Below, in pieces: positions 56,928 through 64,000 of a stretch of DNA of 64,000 nucleotides. A program made the translations under genes and the position numbers. Source of the stretch: Candidatus Woesearchaeota archaeon (GTDB lineage Archaea > Nanobdellota > Nanobdellia > Woesearchaeales > ARS49); NCBI GenBank assembly GCA_003599055.1, contig QZIM01000006.1:24615-88614 (forward strand), given 5' to 3'. The notes beneath the pieces are model-generated. The model saw only the letters and a program-made list of their open reading frames with translations, was not told the origin of the DNA and did not search any database. Each line of letters begins with the position of its first letter. The first letter of the stretch is position 1.

Positions 56928-57398
56928 ATGACCAAACTCGACCAAATCGCACGAGACACGCAAATCCTTCGCGAACGGCTTGTTGAAAAAGAACCCGGCC
57001 ACTTCGGAATGCGCCGCATCGTCTCTGCATTCTTTGGCGCGCTCTTCTTCGGATTCACCTTCGTCCTCAAGGGACTCCTCTTTGAAGTCGGACTTAACCT
57101 CAGCAATGCAAACCTTCTCCTCCTCATCCTCACCGCGTGGATAATCCTTTCTGCAGAAATTTATTTCGTCGGATACGCACGCGTACTTGACAAGACAAAA
57201 CGCCCCTTTGGCCAATTCTGGGCAAAAAGAATTATCACATATTACTGCATCGCCCTATTCACCAGCTTCCTTTTGCTCTCCGTTTACGGCGTTCCGGAAA
57301 TGGTCCAAAATACCTGGCTCACGTTCAAACTCGTCATCGCCGTGAGCTTCCCTGCCGCAGTCGGCGCGGCACTTGCAGACCTTCTTGGAAAATACTAG
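56928..57398 (+). CDS. Membrane protein (DUF2391-like)
   Basis: SAFFGALFFG...KR...PAAVGAALADL; four TM helices. Confidence 0.75.
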   Translation: MTKLDQIARDTQILRERLVEKEPGHFGMRRIVSAFFGALFFGFTFVLKGLLFEVGLNLSNANLLLLILTAWIILSAEIYFVGYARVLDKTKRPFGQFWAKRIITYYCIALFTSFLLLSVYGVPEMVQNTWLTFKLVIAVSFPAAVGAALADLLGKY

Positions 57399-58534
57399 CG
57401 CAACACACCTGCACTTCTTGCCAACTGACCTACGGCAACTCCAGCCACCGTCAGCGCAATCAAAGACCACATCAATGTCGGAAACAACACGTCAAAACCC
57501 GCAATACCCGCTCCGCCTGCATAAAACAACAGCAAAAAACTTCCCACCCCTTTCGGCGCAACCGCAGTCGCCAACACCCTCTCCTTAAGCGACCACTTCC
57601 TCTCGTGCCGAGAAATTGCCAAAAAACGCGCCCCGTAGAAAAAAACCAGCAGCAACACCATCCCCGCAACCGACGGAAACTCCCCTCTTGCGATGACTCC
57701 GTACATCAAAATGATAACAACGGCAAAAACATCCGCCCCCCGCTCAATTCTCGAAGTGAACTTCAATTTCCTCTCCCCTAAGACCGCGCCAACCAAGAGG
57801 CCGAACGCCAGCATCGCGACCACCACACTTCCGCCGAATGCCTGTGCAACTCCCGCACTCAAAAACAACAACAGCACCAGCAACACCTCCCTTGACCGCC
57901 TACGAGACCCGCGCGACGCGTGCCAGAACAAAAAGCCAACAACACCCGCGCCAAGCCCCACAATTCCCTGAACCACCAACCCCTGCCCCACGGAAAACAA
58001 ACCTGCGCCCCCTTCATTAAGCAAATCAAGAAGTGCCAGCGCAAGAACCAAATCAATCTGAGGATTCAGCAAAGCCTCAAAACGCAAAAAGACCGAAACC
58101 TCCCCCCGCAACCCGGACAGCATCGGAAGCACAATCGCGGTCGATGGGCCGATTAACGCAAGACCCCCAATCACCGCAGCAAATACCGAAACACCAAATA
58201 CACCCCACAACACCACCGCAAGAGCAAACACCCCCAACGCCATTGAAGACAAAATAAACGCCCCCATCCTCCCTGCGTGCCTGTCCAGCTCACGAAGCGC
58301 AACCTGAAGCGCGCTCGAAAACACAATCAACACCACCGCAACAAACGATGCTGCCTTCACAAGCCAGCCGGGAAAAGCCAACGGGAGCACCCCCGCAAAC
58401 GACACGTTTCCAAGCACAATCCCCGCACAGAGAACCAACAGGACAAACGGAATTTTCCACCGAACACAATACTGACGAAACACGAACAGCCCTGCCAAAA
58501 CCGCACAAAAAATCACTGCCTGCACAACATCCAT
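57395..58534 (-). CDS. Cation/proton antiporter (CPA1-like), divergent paralog
   Basis: Multiple TM helices; LRELD, FEALLN, GGS, APKGVG motifs shared with 28514-29683. Confidence 0.8.
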   Translation of the reverse strand: MDVVQAVIFCAVLAGLFVFRQYCVRWKIPFVLLVLCAGIVLGNVSFAGVLPLAFPGWLVKAASFVAVVLIVFSSALQVALRELDRHAGRMGAFILSSMALGVFALAVVLWGVFGVSVFAAVIGGLALIGPSTAIVLPMLSGLRGEVSVFLRFEALLNPQIDLVLALALLDLLNEGGAGLFSVGQGLVVQGIVGLGAGVVGFLFWHASRGSRRRSREVLLVLLLFLSAGVAQAFGGSVVVAMLAFGLLVGAVLGERKLKFTSRIERGADVFAVVIILMYGVIARGEFPSVAGMVLLLVFFYGARFLAISRHERKWSLKERVLATAVAPKGVGSFLLLFYAGGAGIAGFDVLFPTLMWSLIALTVAGVAVGQLARSAGVLR

Positions 58535-58622
58535 TCCCTTTGAGAAAAACCCATCATATAAAAACTACCCGCCAAAAAAAAACGCGCAAAAGCTTATAAA
58601 CCGCTCCCGACGATTTTCACCT

Positions 58623-59042
58623 ATGCCCTACAAATTCATCGAAAACGTCACGCGCGCAGACCTGTGCTTTGAAGCCACCGGAAAAAACCTCACTGCACTC
58701 TTCCAAAGCGCGGCAGACGCAGTCCTTGCAGCAATGGCAGATGTTCGCAGCATCAAGAAAAAAATCACCAAAAAAGTAATTATCGAAGCAGAAACCGTTG
58801 AAGACTTACTGTACAACTTCCTTGAAGAAATCATCTTCCTTAAAGATGCGGAAAACCTGGTCTTTGCCGACGCCCAAGTCACGGTTTCCCCTGACCAAAA
58901 AAAAGCAACCGCAACACTTTTTGGCGATACCGTCAGCCCAACAACACAAAAACTCCACCAGGACGTCAAGGCAGTCACCAGACACTATTATAAAGTTGAG
59001 AAAAACGGAGAATGGAAAACACAAATCGTCCTTGACATCTGA
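58623..59042 (+). CDS. Archease
   Basis: YKFIE..TRADL.FEA.G...LY.FLEE...DVKAVT.H...VLDI; directly upstream of rtcB. Confidence 0.93.
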   Translation: MPYKFIENVTRADLCFEATGKNLTALFQSAADAVLAAMADVRSIKKKITKKVIIEAETVEDLLYNFLEEIIFLKDAENLVFADAQVTVSPDQKKATATLFGDTVSPTTQKLHQDVKAVTRHYYKVEKNGEWKTQIVLDI

Positions 59043-59043
59043 A

Positions 59044-60507
59044 ATGATAAACCGCAACATCCCCCTGCCACACTTTGAGAAAAAAAGCCCGAACATATGG
59101 GACATCCCAACCAGCTACAAAGAAGGAATGCGCGTCCCTGCCCGCATCTTTGCCAGCGAAGAACTCCTCAAAGACATGGACCTTGCCGTCTTTGACCAAC
59201 TCACCAACGTTGCCTGCCTTCCCGGCATCACCACACCCGCCCTGTGCATGCCCGACGGGCACAGCGGCTACGGATTCCCCATCGGCGGCGTCGCCGCATT
59301 TGACGTGAACAGCGGCGTCATCTCGCCCGGAGGCATCGGATTTGACATCAACTGCGGCATGCGCCTTGTCACCACCAACCTCACCCTTAAAGAAGTTCGG
59401 CCAAAGCTGCACAAGCTTGTCGACCTCCTTTTTGAGCGGGTCCCCTCAGGCGTCGGCGGGCACGGATTTGTCAAAATCGAGAAAAGCCAATTTAAGGACG
59501 TCATGCGCGAAGGCGCACGCTGGTGCATCGACAACGGCTACGGATGGGACGAAGACCTGAACCGCATCGAAGACTTTGGCCGCATCGAACACGCAGACGC
59601 GAACCTGGTGTCGGATAAAGCAATCTCGCGCGGATTCAACCAACTCGGCACCCTTGGCTCAGGCAACCACTACCTTGAAATCCAGCACGCCGCAGACATT
59701 TTTGATGCGAAAACCGCAGCCAAATTCGGCATCCACTCACCCGACCAAATCTGCGTTATGGTCCACTGCGGCTCACGCGGCTTTGGCCACCAAATCGCAA
59801 CCGACTATCTCAAAGTATTCCACGACGTCATGAAACGCGAAGGCATCGCGGTCCGCGACCCCGAACTTTCCTGCGCGCCATTCTCCAGCAAAGAAGGCCA
59901 GAATTATTTCAAGGCAATGGCGTGCGCCGCCAACATGGCATTCGCAAACAGACAAGTCATCCTGCACCGCATCCGCGAATGCTTCAAGACTGTCTTTGAA
60001 CAAAGCCCGGAAAAAATGGAAATGAACCTGGTGTACGACGTTGCGCACAACATCGCCAAACTCGAAGAACACAACGTTGACGGCAAAAAGAAAAAACTCC
60101 TCGTCCACAGAAAAGGCGCCACACGCTGCTTTGGCCCCGGCCGCCAAGAACTCGCACCCGCCTTGCGCAAAATCGGACAACCCGTCATTATCGGCGGAAG
60201 CATGGAAACAGGAAGCTACCTCCTCCTCGGCACGGAAAAAGCACTTGAGGAAACCTTTGGCAGCACCGCACACGGGTCGGGACGCACGATGAGCAGAACC
60301 CAAGCCCGCGGAGAAGTGCGCGGAGAACAACTCCAAAAAGATTTGGAGAAAAAAGGAATATACGTCAGGACTGCGAGCTACTCGGGACTTGCCGAAGAAG
60401 CAGGATTTGCCTACAAGCCGATTTCTTCAGTAGTAGACACTATGCACGAGGCAGGAATCAGCAAGAAAATAGTCGGGTTCAAGCCGATTGGAAATATCAA
60501 GGGGTAA
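59044..60507 (+). CDS. rtcB: RNA-splicing/repair ligase RtcB
   Basis: MPDGHSGYGFPIGG, GFDINCG, GTLGSGNHYLE, HCGSRG, VHRKGAT, HGSGR; start 59044 after the archease stop. Confidence 0.97.
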   Translation: MINRNIPLPHFEKKSPNIWDIPTSYKEGMRVPARIFASEELLKDMDLAVFDQLTNVACLPGITTPALCMPDGHSGYGFPIGGVAAFDVNSGVISPGGIGFDINCGMRLVTTNLTLKEVRPKLHKLVDLLFERVPSGVGGHGFVKIEKSQFKDVMREGARWCIDNGYGWDEDLNRIEDFGRIEHADANLVSDKAISRGFNQLGTLGSGNHYLEIQHAADIFDAKTAAKFGIHSPDQICVMVHCGSRGFGHQIATDYLKVFHDVMKREGIAVRDPELSCAPFSSKEGQNYFKAMACAANMAFANRQVILHRIRECFKTVFEQSPEKMEMNLVYDVAHNIAKLEEHNVDGKKKKLLVHRKGATRCFGPGRQELAPALRKIGQPVIIGGSMETGSYLLLGTEKALEETFGSTAHGSGRTMSRTQARGEVRGEQLQKDLEKKGIYVRTASYSGLAEEAGFAYKPISSVVDTMHEAGISKKIVGFKPIGNIKG

Positions 60508-60508
60508 G

Positions 60509-61681
60509 TCAGCGCACAAAACCCGCAAGAATATTCATCAAAATCATCCCCGCAAGCGCAACTGACACGAGCGACCAGACTTTCAGCCCCTGCTCCTTTC
60601 CAAACCAACGCGCGCATACAAGCTCAAACATCCGACCCCCATCCAACGGGCCGATTGGCAAAAGATTAAACAAGCCAATACCCAAATTGAGCAAAAACAG
60701 CCAGAAGAAAAGCCCCGCAAGCCACTTTGCCGCCTTCGGCAAAAAAACACCGTACTGTTCCGTGAACTCATCATTCAAAACAACATTTGGCTTTACCTGC
60801 ACGCCAAGAAATGCCCTGTCCGCATTTTTTTGGCTTGCACCCGCAACGAGCTCAAATGCGTGGTCTTTCGTTGCGGCAACAAGGGAATCTCCCGGAGAAG
60901 CATTGCCCAAAACGGAAGATACGTTGGCAAGAGAAATAATAGGAACACCTCCCAGCGTCTCGACCACCATTCCCTCCCGCAGCCCCGCAGCAAACGCGGG
61001 ACCCTCCGCATCAACTGATGACAAAACTACCCCTTGTGTCACGAACGCAGAAGAAAGAACAGGAGACAACGCAGCAAACAGGCCAACTGACAGGAGCGCA
61101 AACAACACATTCGAAAACGGCCCTGCAGCATAGACCGCAAGCTGCTGTTTTGCCCTTGCCTTTCTCAACACCTTCTCATCCGGCTCCACAAACGCCGCAG
61201 GAATAACGGGCAGAAAAATACACAAAAATGCAAACCCTGAACGCCTTACCGGAATCTTATGGAGAAACGAAACAACACCGTGCGCGCCCTCGTGCACCAC
61301 CGCAATAAGGAAAATGCTCAAAACCCAATACAAAAACGGCACGAAAAACACTCCCTTTGCCTCAAACGGAAGCACCGGCTGAACGCCTGCCTGCGCCTCA
61401 GGACTTGTAAACAGCAGAACCGAACCGTACGCGAGCTGGCCGACAATGAACACCATCCCCAAAAAACCAACAATGATTCCCAGAACACCAAGCACATTCA
61501 GCACGCGCGGAAAACGGGACGCAAGACGCTTCATTACACCAAGCCCAATCGTTGAGCGGTACATTACCACATAGAGAATCGGAAAGAGCGCGCGCTGAAC
61601 CTCAATTTTCGACCGCTTCAGAAACAAAAGAATGCCAAGACAAAGAATAACAACAATCGCCGCGATTCCGTCAATACTCAT
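60509..61681 (-). CDS. Site-2 (M50) metalloprotease with PDZ-like insert
   Basis: HEGAH, AFVEPD, AAGPFSN, FNLLPIGPLDGG. Confidence 0.93.
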   Translation of the reverse strand: MSIDGIAAIVVILCLGILLFLKRSKIEVQRALFPILYVVMYRSTIGLGVMKRLASRFPRVLNVLGVLGIIVGFLGMVFIVGQLAYGSVLLFTSPEAQAGVQPVLPFEAKGVFFVPFLYWVLSIFLIAVVHEGAHGVVSFLHKIPVRRSGFAFLCIFLPVIPAAFVEPDEKVLRKARAKQQLAVYAAGPFSNVLFALLSVGLFAALSPVLSSAFVTQGVVLSSVDAEGPAFAAGLREGMVVETLGGVPIISLANVSSVLGNASPGDSLVAATKDHAFELVAGASQKNADRAFLGVQVKPNVVLNDEFTEQYGVFLPKAAKWLAGLFFWLFLLNLGIGLFNLLPIGPLDGGRMFELVCARWFGKEQGLKVWSLVSVALAGMILMNILAGFVR

Positions 61682-61683
61682 AC

Positions 61684-61845
61684 CTACTTCTTACGCTTGG
61701 GCTTGAACTTCTTGCCCGCACACGCGCGGCACTTCACCTGCGATTCCGTCACTTTCCGCGACGGGGCACGCAAAACTGCCTTGCAGCGCCTGCAGACAAA
61801 CTTGTTGCGAAACAAGCGAACATCGGCCTCAGGGAACTTCACCAT
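61684..61845 (-). CDS. rpl40e: Ribosomal protein eL40
   Basis: Not in the ORF track; manual translation MVKFPEADVRLFRNKFVCRRCKAVLRA...KCRACAGKKFKPKRKK; TAATG coupling with eIF5A. Confidence 0.92.
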   Translation of the reverse strand: MVKFPEADVRLFRNKFVCRRCKAVLRAPSRKVTESQVKCRACAGKKFKPKRKK

Positions 61846-62246
61846 TACTCTGCTCCCCCCTTGAGCTGCTTCATTACGCGCTCACCAAGAATCGTCCAAT
61901 ACAAAATCTTGCAATTCGGAACCACAGACTCCTTGAGCTCCTCAGGAATCTTCAGGTCGAAGGTCTCAAAAGACTCGTCGTCCATCACATTTGCCATATC
62001 ACCCGTGACACTCAGCACCTGCGCGGACTTCTTCTCAATAATCGGAACATCCACATTATCGCTTGCAGGCATCACAATCTCGCGCTTCTTGTTATCAAGA
62101 AGGCCGATTGCCATAATGCGCGCCTTTGCGTGACCGTGCTTGCCCGACTTTGACGTCTCCGCACTCACCACTTTACACGCAACACCATCAATCACAATGA
62201 AACTGCCTTCCTTGACGCTTCCCGCGCCCACGACTTTGGTACTCAT
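61845..62246 (-). CDS. eif5a: Translation factor aIF5A/eIF5A
   Basis: SKSGKHGHAK hypusine loop; VDVPIIEK. Confidence 0.96.
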   Translation of the reverse strand: MSTKVVGAGSVKEGSFIVIDGVACKVVSAETSKSGKHGHAKARIMAIGLLDNKKREIVMPASDNVDVPIIEKKSAQVLSVTGDMANVMDDESFETFDLKIPEELKESVVPNCKILYWTILGERVMKQLKGGAE

Positions 62247-62394
62247 ACCGCCAAAAAGAAAAGAGGGGGTTTATAAAGCTGACGGTCAAACTTTGATAAA
62301 GCCAAGAAAACCTGAAGTTTTCACCTGCGAATATGCACTCTTGCCCTAACGATGTCGCGCAGCCCTATCCTGCCCACTACGCAGGTTCCGCACA

Positions 62395-63579
62395 CTATAC
62401 CTTTGCCAACCACTCTGCCTCTTCCTCAGACAACGAGAGCTCTTCAGAGATTTTGGCAGCAGACGGGTGCCCTGCCTGATAAACACGCTGCAAAAGGCCC
62501 ACCGGCAGGAGCGCCTTCTTTCCCGAACAATGCATTACCCGACCCAATTTTAATGAAACTTCCTTTCGCTTTGCATACTTTTGGTTCGCCATCCACCGCT
62601 TCAAAATACGCTGCGTTCGCTGGTACTGCACAAACTGGCCGGACTTTTTGTCCTTTGCCACCGCAACACCCGCAGTCATAAGCACGTTCACGTATGCAAG
62701 GAAGCGCCAGTACTGCCAACGCTTAATACGCCCCTTAAATACATCCGCACGCGAGAGGCACTCCATCGCCCGCGCCAAATCCCGACCCGCGTACTCCCTT
62801 GGCATATTCTCATCAACCCACAACATACACTCATCAATATCCTCGCCCACCGAGTCAAATGCCGAAAGCGCAACCTGCGGGTCAGTTGACTTGAGAATCT
62901 TAATCAACGCCTGCATCATACTCTCCTCGCGCTGACGCTCGTGCAGCGAATTGAGCGCAGCAACATCAAACCCCTGTGCTGACAAGACCTGCGCATCAAT
63001 AATCGCTCCGCGAATATCCCCACCGCTCCGCCTTGCCAAGGCCTTTAGCACATCATCCGATGCGACGAGCCGTTCACTGTGCACGATTCTTTTCAGCACA
63101 TCCGCAAGCTTTAACGCAGGCACCGCAGGAAACTCAACCAGCACACACTTTGACCGAAGCGAACTGAGCTTTTGATTATACGGGTCATTTGCCACCAAAA
63201 TCAACGGAAAAGCAGCATCTTTCACCAAATCAACAAGCGCACCAACACCCCCCCTGTCCTGATTTCCCGCAATCCCGTCAACCTCATCCACCAAAATTAA
63301 CTTGCCCGAACCGAACAAACTGTACTGCTTTAACGCCTGACCCACTTTTGCGTGAATCTCATCAGCACTCCGAAAATCAGACGCATTCACTTCCACCAGC
63401 TCAAGACCGAACTCTTTGGCAATTGCAACCACCGCAGCAGTCTTTCCCGAACCGCTCGGGCCGTGCAGCAACACCGCCTTCTTTTTCTGCTTCTTAAAAT
63501 CCCGCACGAAATTCAAAAGAGGAGAAGTGTCCTGCGGAATTTCCGCCACCTTTGGTGCATACTTGTGCGTCCAGAGCAT
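62395..63579 (-). CDS. rfcL: Replication factor C large subunit
   Basis: WTHKYAP, GPSGSGKT, EVNASDFR, LVDEVDG, GDIRGAIID, WVDEN.P.EY, RADVF.GR. Confidence 0.93.
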   Translation of the reverse strand: MLWTHKYAPKVAEIPQDTSPLLNFVRDFKKQKKKAVLLHGPSGSGKTAAVVAIAKEFGLELVEVNASDFRSADEIHAKVGQALKQYSLFGSGKLILVDEVDGIAGNQDRGGVGALVDLVKDAAFPLILVANDPYNQKLSSLRSKCVLVEFPAVPALKLADVLKRIVHSERLVASDDVLKALARRSGGDIRGAIIDAQVLSAQGFDVAALNSLHERQREESMMQALIKILKSTDPQVALSAFDSVGEDIDECMLWVDENMPREYAGRDLARAMECLSRADVFKGRIKRWQYWRFLAYVNVLMTAGVAVAKDKKSGQFVQYQRTQRILKRWMANQKYAKRKEVSLKLGRVMHCSGKKALLPVGLLQRVYQAGHPSAAKISEELSLSEEEAEWLAKV

Positions 63580-63659
63580 AAGAAAAAAAAAGAAGCACAC
63601 CAGTACTTAAGGTTTTGGCGCGCACAATATTTATATACAAGCACCCGTGCAGAGCGCCC

Positions 63660-64000
63660 ATGAAGCCCGTCGATATATTGTTTAAAAAAATCGAAATTGC
63701 CGACTATTACTCACAACTTGACCAAGTCAAGATACGCATTCTCTTCAACGACGGCAAGGACAAGGCGCTTGAAAAACAGCTCACGATTACTTCACCCGCA
63801 GAACACGTTTCAGCGTGGATGGCCGAAATCCGGCAAAAAATCAAAGACCAGCACTCAACCCGGTCACTTGATGATGACCCTCTTGCGGGAGCGGTCACGC
63901 TTCGCTTTTCCCAAGAAACCGACCTCATTGAGGAAAAAATGGCGCGCTTCCTTGCAAGCGCAAACGAGCGCATCCGGTCAGGAAAACTTGCCAAGCTCAG
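63660..64000 (+). CDS. Hypothetical protein (3'-truncated by window edge)
   Basis: Open from ATG 63660 (MKPVDILFKKIEIADYYSQ...) to the end; TTTATATA box about 30 nt upstream. Confidence 0.7.
   Translation, partial: MKPVDILFKKIEIADYYSQLDQVKIRILFNDGKDKALEKQLTITSPAEHVSAWMAEIRQKIKDQHSTRSLDDDPLAGAVTLRFSQETDLIEEKMARFLASANERIRSGKLAKL

Noticed and set aside
58798..59043. N-terminal extension of RtcB
   Set aside because: Overlaps archease in another frame; ATG 59044 follows the archease stop.

Overview
Chromosomal segment of an archaeon, most likely a DPANN member (Woesearchaeota-like; inferred from gene content, reduced operons and many lineage-typical hypothetical proteins). Most of it is housekeeping: kae1 (partial), rpoL, uppS, rpl1-rpl10-rpl12, ppsA, cca, rpoE1-spt4-rps24e-rps27ae, adk, truD, gatD/gatE, cdc48, tatD, mutY, archease-rtcB, rpl40e, eIF5A, rfcL and four tRNAs. 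Five things stand out. (1) A ~4.6 kb locus (9.1-13.8 kb) where three uncharacterised winged-helix proteins sit inside long non-coding DNA carrying an AT-rich tract and at least four zoned families of short repeats, some written into the neighbouring rsmE gene; this is a candidate novel chromosome maintenance (origin or partition) system. (2) A two-gene split version of the eukaryotic ribosomal prolyl hydroxylase OGFOD1/Tpa1. (3) A ~250-nt highly structured candidate ncRNA with its own TATA box and T-tract terminator. (4) A low-GC defence island next to tRNA-Thr (Type IIG R-M, PIN toxin, HEPN fusion, mini-nuclease). (5) A circularly permuted 23S-like L1-binding hairpin over the rpl1 ribosome-binding site. 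All calls were made by eye; no database searches were run, and start codons were adjusted where an RBS or gene overlap supported it.
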